64,000 nucleotides of DNA, from assembly GCF_009914755.1 (NCBI RefSeq), contig NC_060934.1. One strand, 5' to 3'. The notes under the pieces are model-generated. The model saw only the letters and a list, made by a program, of their open reading frames with translations, did not search any database and had not been told where the DNA came from. Made by a program: the position numbers and the translations under genes. Positions 34,541 to 50,700 of the stretch are shown piece after piece. This DNA is from the human T2T-CHM13v2.0 reference genome, Homo sapiens. Numbering within the stretch: the stretch's first letter is position 1; every line of letters starts with the position of its first letter.

Positions 34541-35752
34541 TAATATCACTTGTATTTCTATTTACTAGTGATGAACACATGAACAACAAAATAAAAATAT
34601 GATACCATTTACAATCACTTTAAAAATGAAATATCTAGGCGTAACAACAAAACGGGGCATGTATGCTGAAAACTAGAAAGTGCTGATGCAGGAAATCAAA
34701 GATCAAAATAAATGGAGAGACATAATATATTCATGGATTGTAAACAAACTCAGTAAATATGTTAATTTCCTAAAGTTGTTATACAGGTTCAATACAATTG
34801 CTATCAAAATCCAAACATGATTGTAGATATTGACAAGATTATTCTAAAAAGTATATGGAAAGGCAAGAGAACTACAATAACTAAAACAATTTTCAAAATA
34901 ATTAATAAAGTAAGGAATTAATCCACCCAATTTTAAGATTTATTATAGAGCTACAGTAATCCAGAGTGTGTTGTATTGTACAACATGGTGACTACAAGAA
35001 TGAGAATGTATTGTATTCCTAAAAATTGCTAAGAGACTAGATTTTAAGTATGCTCACCAGAAAAGACTGATGAGTATGTAATACCTGTATTAGTTAGCTC
35101 CATTTAGCTATTCTACAATGTAGATATATTTCAAAACAACATGTTGTACAAGATAAATACATACAATTTTTGTCAATTAAAATAAAGAATGTTAAAAACC
35201 AAATAAAAATACATTACAGATTTCATACAACCACAAAAATGTATCAAAATTATACAAAAGAATACAAAAAGACCAAAAACCATCCATCCCATGTTCAGTG
35301 TAAAAAACAAACTCTCCTCAACCTCCATATCCCCTGTGTGAAGGTACACTGATGAAGATTGAGGAGTATATGTAATATACAATGAAGAAATATACAATGA
35401 GGAAATATGTTACATATTTCCTCATACTCCGAATAGGACACCAGTTTCTATTGAGGAGATTGAGGAGTATAGATTAAACAAAGGAAAGGTGCTGAGAACT
35501 GAAACATATTTCCTCATACTCTGAATAGGACACCGGTTTCCCTGAAATCAAGTTCTCTACCTCACTGAGAGACAGTTCCAGTAATCCTTTATTAGGGAGA
35601 TGGGAAAAAAAGACTGTGTGATATTGGCTGCAGGATGGACACTTATATCACTATGACTGAAGGGAGAACCCAGAAACAGACCCACACAAATATGTCCAAC
35701 ATTTTTAACAAAACAGCAAAAGCAATGCAATGGAGGGAAGATAACCTTTTCA

Positions 35753-36165
<413 letters not shown>

Positions 36166-36178
<13 letters not shown>

Positions 36179-36533
36179 GGAAAGAAGGAAAGAAAGAAAA
36201 AAGAAAGAAAGCAAGAAAGAAAGCAAGAAAGAAAGAAAGAAAGAAAGAAGAAAGAGAAAAAGAGAGGAAGGGAAAGGAAAGAAAAAAGGAAAAGGAAAGG
36301 ATAAAGGAAAAGAAAGGAGAAAGAGAGAGAAAGGAAGGAAGGAAGGAGAAAGAGAAAGAAAGAAAGAAAGAGAAACAGAAAGGGAAAGGAAAGGAAAGAA
36401 ACAAGGAAAAGGAAAAGATAAAGGAAAGGCAAGGAAAAGAGAAAGAAAAAGAAAGAAAGGAAGAAAGAGAAAGAAAGAAGTGAAGGAGGGATGGAGGGAG
36501 AAAGAAAGGGAGGGAGACAAGGAGAGAGGGGGA
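36166..36533 (+). repeat. GA-rich polypurine tract (a second, (GGAA)n, lies at about 35790-35885)
   Basis: Almost pure A/G: (GAAA)n, (GGAA)n, (GGAAA)n. Confidence 0.97.
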
Positions 36534-37020
36534 TGTCAATCTAAGATTCACATCTTATACAAAAAATAACTCAAAATGGATGATAGACTTGAATTAAAAT
36601 GTAAAACTATAAAATTTTAGAAAAAATAGAAGAAATGTTTGCAATCTTGGACTAGGCAAAAAGTCCATATACTTGACACCAAAAGCACAATATATTAAAA
36701 GAAGATTGATAAACTGGACTTCACCAAAATGGAAAACCTTTGCTCAGTGAAAGACGCTTTTAAGAGGATGAAGAGACAAGCTGCAGACTGTTAAGAAAAT
36801 ATTTACAGATCACATATCCAATGAAGGGCTAGTATCTAGTATGTATAATGAACTCTCAAAACTTAACAGTCAAAAAAACAGACAATCTAATTAGAAAATG
36901 GGCAAAAAATCATTTTTAATTAGTGGAGTATAACATAGTATAAAAATTTTGAATAGACCTTATGTGCAGCCATTGCATTGTTAGTATTTTATAATATTGT
37001 GTGGTTTTGGTTCTTGGCGC

Positions 37021-37365
37021 TGTCTTAATCCCTTCAGGCTGCTATAACAAAATACTGCAAACTGAAGGGCTTAAAAACAACAGAAATGTACTTGTTACAG
37101 ATCTGGAGGCTGGAAAGTCCAAGAGCAAGACGCCAACAGATGTGGTGTCTTGTGAGGGTCTGCTCTGTGATTCATAGGTGGCACCTTCTGGCTGTCCTCA
37201 CAGGGTGTAAGGACTAACTAACTCTATGAATCTCTTCTGGGGCTCTAAGGACACTAATCCCAATCATTAGCCTAGGCCCTCGTGGCCTAATTACCTCCCC
37301 AAATCCCCATCTCCTAATATTATCACCTGGAGAGTTAAGATTTCAACATATTAATTTGCAGGGAC
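37021..37365 (-). mobile_element. MaLR LTR (MLT1A-like)
   Basis: ggctgctataacaaaatac...ggaggctggaaagtccaag...gatttcaacata. Confidence 0.75.
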
Positions 37366-37415
37366 AGCAGAGAGTTCAGCTGGGAGCCAAGGAGGGGGCC
37401 GAGGAACATGCCTCT

Positions 37416-37789
37416 TCAGGCGGTAAACTCACAGATGGCCAGGAAGCAGGACGTGCAGGAGATGTCATTCCAGAGCCTGTCCTTCAGGAGAATCATGCGG
37501 TCCTACCCTGAGCCGTGGTCATTTGGCTCATCCTTCTTCCAGTTGCTGTAGGTCAGCCTCCCACCCGTCAAGTATATGAACTGGCCTTCAGTTGCCTCAT
37601 CTGTGATGCCCAGGAAGGCAGTGTCTTTGGCCACATCCTGGATGGCCTTATTCTCCTTGGCATTCTTGGGGGCAGCCACTGTGGCCTGGAGCCCAGCACA
37701 CAGAGCCTTCACTTTGGAGAAAGGCATCCGCTCACCTTTGGTCATGAAAAGCTTCTTCCCAGACATTTTCCCCAAGGAGAAGGCTTACA
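37416..37789 (-). pseudogene. MBL3P: MBL-A (MBL1)-type pseudogene, CRD exon
   Basis: [14 protein letters not shown]...[14 protein letters not shown]...[40 protein letters not shown]; EPN and WND kept; TAA at 37785-37787, TAG at 37503-37505, third Cys changed to Arg. Confidence 0.93.
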
Positions 37790-38129
37790 CTGAAACCACA
37801 AATGGTGAGTGAGGCTGGCTGGGTTTGGAGCCCAGCGCAGGACAGTAGGCAAGCAGTCTGAGTTCCCTGGGAAGCCAGACCTCTGAAAAATCACCCTATG
37901 CCCAGCAGTTCAGGCCAGAGCCTGGTCAGGAAGTAAGCCTCAGCTGCAGAGCCTGGGAAGGGGCATCCAGACTCCTGCAGACAGCCCAGACTCCCCTGGG
38001 TATCCCACCTTGAAAAAGCATCTGCTAAAACCTGCCCCAGCACAGGTACATATAGGGAGACGGTCTTGGGCCTCACTGCAGGCTTGGGCACCAGGATAAG
38101 GAAGAGGCAGGGACAGACATCAGAGCACA

Positions 38130-38372
38130 GTAGATGACAAGGAAGGAGCACAGACTTTGGAGACAACAGATCTCCATCCAACCCTTCCCCTGCCACTTCC
38201 CGGCTGTGTGACCTGAAATGAGTCACTAACACTTCCTGCCCCTCGGTTTCCTCACCTGTCAATAAAGCAAGTTCAACAACCACAACTGAGGTTGCTGAGA
38301 GGATTGAATGAAACCATCTTATGGGAAAATGCCACCCAGCACAGGCCCTGGTGTAGGACGAGCGCTCATGAA
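38130..38372 (+). mobile_element. MIR SINE in an MBL3P intron
   Basis: gctgtgtgacctg...cctcggtttcctcacctgt core. Confidence 0.7.
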
Positions 38373-38428
38373 TTAGTTCCCCTCCCACCTCCTCCAAATC
38401 TAGAGTGCGCTGAAGAAAAGAGTGAGAG

Positions 38429-38504
38429 CCAAGAACACATTATGGGCAGAGAGAAAGCTCACACTTCCAAGAACACATTATGGGCAGAGAGAAAGCTCAC
38501 ACTT
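38429..38504. repeat. Perfect 38-bp tandem duplication
   Basis: ccaagaacacattatgggcagagagaaagctcacactt twice. Confidence 0.98.
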
Positions 38505-38571
38505 CTTCGTGTGGTCCAGTTCTGATCTCAGGCTCTGTAGCTCTCCAAGTTGGCCAGCTTAGCCTCAGCAA
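38501..38571 (-). pseudogene. MBL3P: MBL3P neck exon, frameshifted
   Basis: VAEAKLANLE/LQSLRSELDHTKK; gttgcag| and |gtgag; 71 nt, not a multiple of three. Confidence 0.88.
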
Positions 38572-39421
38572 CTGCAACGCAACAGGGAGAAGGTATTTAT
38601 GGAGAAGACCTTAATTTGGAGAGTGGAGCATTTTGAAAAAAACGAAGTGGCTTACTAAGACGAATGCTTATTCCAGGAAAATAAGAATGCAGAAGAAATA
38701 AAAAGGGGAAAATGACTACATTCCTCCTTCCCAGCTATACCTCCGCATCCCTTCACAACCTGGAACTTCAGTCCTGGACCCCCGTCTCCACATACGGCTT
38801 GCATATTGTCATATTGTAAGAATTCATAAGAAAATACTCAACTCATTACTCTTCTTTCTGAAAACTTTTCTTTGTCATTCATTTTCATTTCTCATTCCAG
38901 ATACACTTTTTAATACCTTTATTGTTTTGACAGGCTGGTAGACAAATATGAATAAGTGGGTTGTCATTGTTCTTTTGTTCTTACTGAATTTGCTCTATTT
39001 TACTCTGAACTAAGTTGCTGTGATGTTCTCTGTCAGCCAGGGGTCCTAAGAAGCAGACCATTTTCATGCATTCTTGTGACAATGGACATAAACCCAACCC
39101 CTAAAGGGCCTATTTCCTCCCGGGCACCCCAGAGGTGCACACTGGACTGTTTCCGCTGAAGAAAAGCCGGGGCCCATCTGCTAAAGGGCCTGACGAGGGA
39201 ATGGCCCTACGTGGCTTGAATGTCTGTACCTGGGCACCTATGGAAGTCTCCTCAGGCCCCAGGTAAAGCTGAGAGGGCCGGGGGCACTGGGCCAGGAAGC
39301 AGAATTGAGCACCTTCCCACGAGGCAGCAGGAGAAGCAGGAGAAGGGGACCTCCCAGCTGGCCCTCCAGCTCCCCAGGCCCTGGGGCTCCCAGGCCACAC
39401 ATGCTGAGGTATGCCTCTTAC

Positions 39422-39538
39422 CTGAATTGTCCCCATGATCTCCTTTTTGGCTCCTTGGTCCTGGAATTCCAGGAGCCCCTGGGTTTCCTGGGGGCCCCAA
39501 CTTCCCAGGAGGGCCCTGCAAACCTCTGAGCCCTTGAT
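39422..39538 (-). pseudogene. MBL3P: MBL3P second collagen exon
   Basis: [38 protein letters not shown]; 117 nt; MASP-binding GKLGP kept; two triplet Gly substituted. Confidence 0.93.
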
Positions 39539-39951
39539 CTGTTGCAAGACAAAGGGAAGATGACCCAGTGGCCAGCAGTCATTTTTTTTCCAAAAAGCTC
39601 AATACTCCATTCATGTTCACCCCCGGAACAGCCAGCAAGCTAATGGTGACCCAAAGAAGAAAGATGCCCCATCCTGCATCCTAGGGGAGGGCCTGCACCA
39701 AGGCCAGCTCTCTAACCAGGTGGGACACCCCTCTGTAGGGACAACCACACATCCCCAATTCCTGTGTGGAAATATGGGATCCCAGAGAGTCAGCGAGCAG
39801 CTTTGTTTTAGAGGCAATGGCATTTTACAGGGATTGTTCTGAGTGTAGCATGGGTCCTGATGAAAGGGGAGCCTCCCCAAGTCTGTACTCAAACCCTCAT
39901 TTGGAGGAGACACCTGCTGGAGGTGGAGATTCAGAAAGACACAGACCAAAC

Positions 39952-40010
39952 CTGGATCTCCCTTTTCCCCACTGGGTCCGTCTCACCCATCTCTGCCTGG
40001 GATGCATTGG
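39952..40010 (-). pseudogene. MBL3P: MBL3P remnant of first coding exon (3' 59 nt only)
   Basis: IPGRDG*DGPSGEKGDP|gtttgg; TGA at 39983-39985; no signal peptide or Cys-rich segment upstream. Confidence 0.85.
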
Positions 40011-40429
40011 GTCTCCAGCACAGCGCTAGGCAGCTCTCTACATTAGTGTCCTCACCCCATCCTGCACTGCTCCCTCCCAGGCATTTGTCTCCACAGCTAA
40101 GCACCTCTGAGCCTCCAGAGTCACAGGTTCTTAGGGTAGCTTTCTCCAGATATTTATTTCCAGAAAAAGCATGCATAGATCTTCCACCAGACAAACGCAT
40201 GCACACACACACACACGCACACACACACGTACAGGGACACACACACAGATGCACGTGCACATACCTTTGTATCAGTTCAATCGACTACTTCCATTTGTGT
40301 TTCGTTTATTGCAGGGCCAGGGTGAGAGACTAAAGACCCCCAGCACTGAGTCACCTCCTTCCTCTCCGCTCATTTAGAACCTTTGCAAATGTCTTGTTTG
40401 GGCATCTCACCAGGCCAGGCACAAGGAGA

Positions 40430-40832
40430 AGGGGTATTTGCAGATGACTTCAATCCACAGCTGAATGTGGGCATTGGCACCTGCTGTTCCCTCTGCCTGG
40501 ACATGTCCCTGCATCTCTGCATGCTTATTTGTTGTCACTCAGCTTTCAGCTTAAATATTATCTCTGGAGAAAGGTCTTTGCTAACCCGGTAATTTTAAGT
40601 AGTCACTCTGTCAGTGAGTTGTAATTCTCTGTTCTAATTTTCTGCCGATTGCTGCTTCCATGTGGGTCTGTTTTGTTTATTTGGTTGCATATTGATTGAT
40701 CACCCACCCCACCCCTGTAGAACGAGAAGCTCATGAGAACAGGGGTCTTGTTCCCCAGCTGTTCTTTCTCCACCAAGAAGAGTGCCTGGAAACAGAGTCA
40801 ATACTCAATAAACATTTATGGAACAAATGAAT
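40430..40832 (+). mobile_element. L2 3' end
   Basis: gctgttccctctgcctgga...aagctcatgagaacagggg...tactcaataaacatttatggaacaaatgaat. Confidence 0.75.
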
Positions 40833-42505
40833 CCTCCAGCAGTGTGTCCTCAAATCAGCCCTCTTCTCTCTGGCTGGAGCTACCATCTGTGCCCCCTTTA
40901 CCAGTGATCTCACTTTTCTATTCTCAGTTCACCTCTCTGTCCCCAGGGTGCAAACCAGGGCTGGGCACACAGGAGGACTGGGTGCGAGGGAGAGGAGAAA
41001 GGCAGAGACCTCAAGCAGACACCAGACCATCTGTGCTCGTCCAGGCCTGAGTTTCCAGAAGCGTCCAGTTCTTGTCGCCAGAGCCTAGTCAAGCTGCCCA
41101 GGTCCCGGATACGATCTTTGATGCTTGCCTTCCTCCAAACTCACACCCATTCTTTGAAACACTTCATGTCACCAAACAGCTTGAGAAGTTTGTTTTTCCC
41201 AGGTGGGGAGTGGGGTGGGTCACTTCCCTGTGACTCTGCCTTGTGATAGGCATTTTGGCTTCTCAAGGGTCCTCACCCTTGTGTACTCATGTCATCAGGC
41301 CCTGTCCAGCGGCCCTCCCGGTTCCCATTCAGGGGGCCTGCCAGGCACCAAGAGGTGCTTCCGTGGTAAAGAAGATCCCTCTCAAGGCTGTGTCTCCTGA
41401 TGCCATTGACACAATGTTGAAGAGCCCATAGGCCCAGAGGACAAAGGACTTTCAATTCGCTCAGCAAATAGGCAGACCTCTGAGGAAGGTGGGAATGTGA
41501 AACTGACAGATTTGCGTTGAACCAGTATGCTAACTGTGCTGCAGAGTTAGAGAAAGGGTGGTTTGAGCGGGAAGAGGGTAGACAGGAAGTAAATACACCT
41601 AGGAGCAAAGGAACCTGAGAAAGCCTGGATTCTGGAGGGGATAAGATTATCCCCCAAGGATGTGTACCCATAGGTCTGTCCTCTCATAGACCTGGGGATG
41701 AATTTATGTTGCTATTACGACTATTACAGAATTCTGCTATTTATGCCAAGATGAAAAATTATGTTTCCAGTGTCTCAGCGTGGCATGATCTCCCGCACTG
41801 TGGAGACATAAACGCAGTGGAGAATCACACCCGTAGCCCAGGCACCTCAGTGGTGTCTCAGATGGAGGCCAGGCAGATTTGAGTTCACCATGGGACAATT
41901 ACCAAATATAGTAGGGGACAAACAGAGTGAGAGCTGATAGATATGACAAACCTCAGAAATAGCCCTACAAGGAGTGTGGACCCTACATGACAGATAAATT
42001 AATATGCACTTCAAAAGAGGGTATAATGAAGGAATGAATGAAAATTATATAATTAAATTAATAAACAAAAATAACTATAGAGCTAATAAAATAGAATACT
42101 GGTTCTTTGTAAGAGACATAAACTTAGCAGATATGGCCATGGTAGTTTGGGTTGTTTCCTCCATGTTGTAAAATTACATCTCAGGCCCTTTGCCATAGGA
42201 CTTCACAAAGGCTCCCACTGGAGTGTGAGGAGTAAACACTCCAGCCCCTTTGCTGTTTGGTGTGGCCATGTGACCCTGAGCTGAAACGAAGGGAGCAGCA
42301 GCTTAACGTGTGCTTACAGGTTTGCTATGGCCTTTGTGTTTCTTTCCCAATCATGAGAAGTATGTATCCCTGGAAAGTGATATGGAACAGTCATGAATTC
42401 ACCTGAAAGTCTGGAGTCCAGCTGACTGCTGCTGAGTCCAGGCCCACTCAGCTGAAATCAGCCAAAGCTCAACAAACTGGAAGATCCAGAGCAGAAAATA
42501 AAACG

Positions 42506-42645
42506 TTTACTGTTGTAAGCTCTTGAGAGGGAAATTTACTGTTGTGTTAGCTGACTGATACAATATCAATGATTAATAGAAAAGGTATAAGAAATTAACA
42601 AATCAGCCCAGGCACAGTGGTTCACGCCTGTAATCCCAGCACTTT
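42506..42645 (+). repeat. 140-bp inverted repeat, arm 1 (partner 43368-43507)
   Basis: About 6 mismatches to the reverse complement of 43368-43507; includes 100 bp of flank and the first 40 nt of the Alu. Confidence 0.95.
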
Positions 42646-42920
42646 GGGAGGCCGAGGCAGGCAGATCACCTGAGGTCAGGAGTTCAAGACCAGCCTGGCA
42701 AACATGGTGAAACCCCATCTCTACTAAAAATACAAAAATTAACTGGACATGGTGGTGCATGCCTGTAATCCCAGCTACTTGGGAGGCTGAGGCAGGAGAA
42801 TTGCTTGAATCTGGGAGGGAAAGTTGCAGTGAGCCGAGATCGTGCCACTGTACTCCAGCCTGGGCTACAGAACGAGACTCCATCTCAAACAAACAAACAA
42901 ACAACAACAACAACAAACAA
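42605..42920 (+). mobile_element. AluSx-like
   Basis: Dimeric Alu with (CAAA/CAA)n tail and TSD aacaaatcag. Confidence 0.92.
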
Positions 42921-43367
42921 ATCAGGGGGAAAAGGGATTATTATACTAGTACAGATAGTACTGACATTATAAAATCACACTATGTACAGTTAATTTTATA
43001 GCAACATATGGAAAATTGGTAAAATCTATATTATAAGAAAGTTTAGTATTATTTAAGTTGGCTCAAGAATAACTGATATATCAGAGTAATTGATATATCA
43101 CTAATCATAAAATATAGAAATGGAAGTCAAAAATTAACAACCATACCTCCATCAACAAAATGGTTTTAAGGTGAGTTGTATCAAATCTTCAGAGAAGAAA
43201 TTACTACTCTCTTATAGAAATGGCTTGTATCCAAAATACTACTTAGCTGAGATGATTAGCTGAACATGTAATTCAGAATGGATAAGGATTGAAGAAAAGA
43301 AGGGAACTTTTAGAAAATCTAATTTATAAGCAGAGAGGCAAAAACACAATTTAAAAAATAACTATTA

Positions 43368-43507
43368 AAAGTGCTGGGATTACAGTCATGAGCCACTGTG
43401 CCTGGGCTGATCTGTTAATTTCTTATACCTTTTGTATTAATCATTGATATTGTATCAGTCAGCTAACACAACAGTAAATTTCCCTCTCAAGCGCTTACAA
43501 CAGTAAA
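43368..43507 (-). repeat. 140-bp inverted repeat, arm 2
   Basis: See 42506-42645. Confidence 0.95.
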
Positions 43508-44606
43508 GTCCAGCCCTGTATTCATGGTTAATAGCAGTCTCTGGAATCTGACTTCCTACATTCATTGGCCCAAGAACTAGCTGCATAATATTTGGCAAAT
43601 CACTTTAACCTCTATATCCCTTGACATTCTTATTTGTAAATAGGGGAGAATAATAACATCTGTAAAATAGGGTTAATAAGTTTAACTAGTATAGTGCCTG
43701 GCCCATAGGATGTGTGATGAGCATATATAGCATCAGACCAAGTCGGGTATATCCAAGGGATGCAAGGATGGCACAACATCAAAAAATAAATCGATGCAAA
43801 TCACAGTTTAATAAATAACAGGTTTTATTAAGAGCCTAATTCAGATCCGTGCAATCTTGAAGCTTGAAGCCTGTTCCCAAAACCAGTACATGGTCTGAAA
43901 ATTCTTCATACATTTTTTTCCCAGACTCCTGTAATGCAAACTTTCTAGGGTTGATTTCAAACACAGTCCAAACAGATGACATTGTCCTCCAGTTTTGTCA
44001 TTTCACCACTCAGGCCATAGAGTTGTGGCTCAGCTTGAAGCTGTTGCTTCTTGAAGTGAAGGGTGTGCAGTGGCCTGCTCTCTTATTTCTTTGCATGTGC
44101 AGGGGGTAGAGAGAATGCTGTTGGTGCCAATGTTGGGCAATATCTGCTCACAAGAGGAACCACATGTCAGTAGGTACACTACTGCCTCTCAGCCCACACT
44201 GACTGGTTGTTGGGGACCTTTGTGTGACTGATTACAAATGACAGCTCCTTTCAGCAGCTGGTTCTTCAGGAAAGAGACTCAATGATTGCCTCTAGCTGCA
44301 TGTCCCTTACCCTCACCATTGCACCAGTACACATTTCAGTCCATAATATCTTGTTGCTGGGATCCCTGAGTTCCAGGAAGCAACTTGCTCATGAGTAGGG
44401 TGTGAACCCCAGGCAGCTCCCGTGATACTGGCATTCACACAGCCCCCTAGGAGACTCAGTCCACGGTGCTGCAATCCACATTGCCCCAGAACACTCCTGC
44501 TCACAGCTTTGTCCTTCCTCCTCTTCTCCCCATGCTCCATAAAATCAGTCCATCTGCTGGGTCCAAATGTCAGAATTTTACAAGAGATAACCAAAACAGT
44601 GCATTT

Positions 44607-44703
44607 GGTGCAGCACACCAACATGGCATATGTATACATATGTAACAAACCTGCACGTTGTGCACATGTACCCTAAAACTTAAAGCATAATAATAATAAA
44701 AAT
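44607..44703 (+). mobile_element. Short L1PA 3' terminus with A-rich tail
   Basis: ggtgcagcacaccaacatggc...gtaccctaaaacttaaag followed by (taa)n. Confidence 0.9.
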
Positions 44704-47772
<3,069 letters not shown>

Positions 47773-47789
47773 ATATATATACATATAAC

Positions 47790-50700
47790 AGAATCAGTTA
47801 TATTAGAAGTATTGGGGGAAAATGGGAATCCAAAAGATGGTTGGGTATAAGATCAACAAACAGAAATTAAGAGTTTTTTTTTTAACAAATCAGCAATAAT
47901 TAATCTAAAATCTAATAAAAATAGTAACAATAGCAAATAAAAGCATAAAGAAAGTAAAAATAATACTAATAAGAAACAAGAAGATATCAATTTTCAGAGG
48001 CTTGAAGTATTTGTCTATAAAATTGGGACTATACACGGTCCTGGATTTTTGATGGTTTGACTTACAATTTATCAACTTTACAATGGTTCAAAAGTGATGT
48101 GAATTCAGTAGAAGCCACACTTCGAGTACACATACAATTATTCATTCACTTCCAGTACAGTATTCAATAAAGTCCATGAGATAGTCAATACCTTATTATA
48201 AAATAGGCCATGTATTAGATGATTTTGCCCAGCTGCAGGCTAATGTAGTGTTCTGGGCATGTTTAAGGTAGTTTAAGTTAAGCTATGATTTTTGATAGGT
48301 TAGGTGTATTAAATGCATTCCCAACTTATGATATTTTCATCTTACACTGTATTTATCATGATATAACCCTATCATAAGTCAAGGAATATCTGTATATCCT
48401 TCTTCTTCTTTTTAAAATAATTTGGGGGAGGCCTCAATAATTTGTGTGCTGCATCCTAAGTGCATGCAGAATGGTGATCAGATTAAAATTTTTCATTCAT
48501 AAAAGACTGAGAAATTGTTCCCCTTATTCTCATTGGTTTTCTGAGTGTTGATTCGAGCTTCCTTCCACCCAAGAAAAGCATAAATGCCAAAGAAGAGTGT
48601 TCACAGGCGTTGAGGGTGGAGAAGTGGGAGCCTTTCTGGGACAGTGTTACAGGAGAGAAGTGGGAGGTGGGACACATATGTAGCTGCCTCCTCAAGCAAG
48701 TAGGGACATGGTCTCATTCCTGCACAGCCCTGGGGTATGGGAGTGTGGTCCCATTCCATGCTGACCTGAAATTAGGATGACTCACTGAGGCCTGGGACTG
48801 AGCCCTGAGTACCACCATCACTGCTGGGCTGCAGAAATCATTCAGGTAGCTGTGTGGAGGACAGAAGGCATGGTATCCCCACCCACAAATGGACCATGTG
48901 GATTCATGATGCCCATGTGCTCTTCCAAATGGTGTCTGTAGCTCCCCATTCTCCTGCACCATCTCAGGGAGGAGAGCAGTTGGCCCCTCCCATCAAACAA
49001 AGAAAGCACATCTTGAGATTGAATTTTCCAATCTTGAGGAAAGTGGGGGCTCAGAGCCAGGGTTCATTTGACTTACAAAAATACAGAAATGTGATATTTC
49101 TTGGAACCAGAACAGAGGAAACACATATGAAAATATTGACGATTTATTACATACATTTAAGTCTTCTTTGTTCAGCTCAGGGCTGGGGTGGCTGGGAGTA
49201 TGAGCTTCAGATCCAGGAAGATTGGTTTGGATCCAGCCTCTGCCACTTGCTCTCTAGAATAATACTCAAAACATTTCACTCCTCCAAGCTTCAGTGTCCT
49301 TATAAAAAAAATGGGGAAAACAATACTGGCCCCACGACATTGTGTGAAGATTGAATAATATGTAATAAGCTATATTAGAATTGCTTGTCAAGGTGTGTGG
49401 CACATGGTATGTGCTCAGTCAATAGCCTCTGTGTGTAGTAACGGCTCTGGTGGTAATTTTGCTAGCTGAGGGTAATGGTAATAATTGTGACAACAACAAG
49501 TATTTTATCCCCATTTTATAGATGAAGACATAGGCTCAGGGAAAAAAATCCCCAAGAGTCACCAGTTAGCTTGCCTACCTCAAGACACATCCTAAGACCT
49601 GGCCCATGTTAATTTTAATGATTATCTGGGTGAATAGATTAATGAAAGGGGAAAGTGGAGCCGGTGGTGTGGGGGGTGGTGTGAATGCCCACTGAAGTCT
49701 CAAGTAGGGTGCAGATTCGTCCATCAGCAGAAAATTACTTGGATCACGTCTGCAGTGGGGGGCTCTTCCCTAGAGGCATAGGCCAGCTGCCTTCAGGTCA
49801 GGGGACTGAGTTGGCATCCAAAGACTCAAAGGAGTGAATCGTACATGTCAGTCACAGGGTTGGCTTGGGCACCACCATTCTGGGGCACCACTGGGCCCTC
49901 TGACCACCTGGAGAGCCTGACCAGGCCTGCCACAGAGACCTCAGAGTGCCAGAGAATCTCCACTGTGTCCTTAGCTCCACACAGTTAGGACTTCTCTGAA
50001 GTCTGCCTCTCTCTGTCATTATGCTTGGCTGGGACTGCTCATCCTGATGGCACTGGGCTGCAGAGGGAGAGCTAAGGGCACCAGGAAGCAGGCACTCTGT
50101 GTGACTTCGGAGGGTCCTTCTACCCCAAGACCTCACTGCTACCATCTGTAAGTGAAGGAACTGGACCAGATAGAGAATAAGGAGGGTTGCATCTCATGCC
50201 AAAGGCAAAGGTTAGGAGTGGCTGCCTGGGGTGCAGTGCTGGGAGGGTTTGCAAGGGGAGTGTCAAGGCTGGTCAGTGATTATGGGGAAGAGTCAGGGCC
50301 CATCAGGGGAATGAAGTAGCTAAGGGTGCCTCCAGCTCTAATAGCCACAAGTGAATTCTGTTGAAAGGGAGTTTCAGCATCTCACAAACCAAGTGGAGCT
50401 TCAGGATGGAGGCTGAAGGCCAGACAGGATCCTCCCTGTCCTGTGGCATAAATTCCTCTCAGAACTCACAGATGATCAGTCAGTACCGCAGGCAGCTCCT
50501 GTCATTCCACTGTGTACATCTCCAAGCACTTCTCATTGCCCTGACCTATGAGCTCCACTGGGCACCGGTTCGTGTAGTCCACAGGGGCCTCATCTAGGTA
50601 GCAGAAGTCTCCAGGGCTGGGACCCTTGGCCAGGGCCATGTAGGCATACATGTTGTACTTCTTCAAAAATCTTGCAATGGCCTCGTTTTCCTCTGGACTC

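Noticed and set aside
38429-38504. Repeat-spacer (CRISPR-like) array
   Set aside because: Only two adjacent copies, no spacers, eukaryotic context; no such array anywhere in the window.
41570-41620. Possible liver-type promoter of MBL3P (FOXA- and HNF4-like motifs)
   Set aside because: Short motifs only; no supportable TSS or exon.
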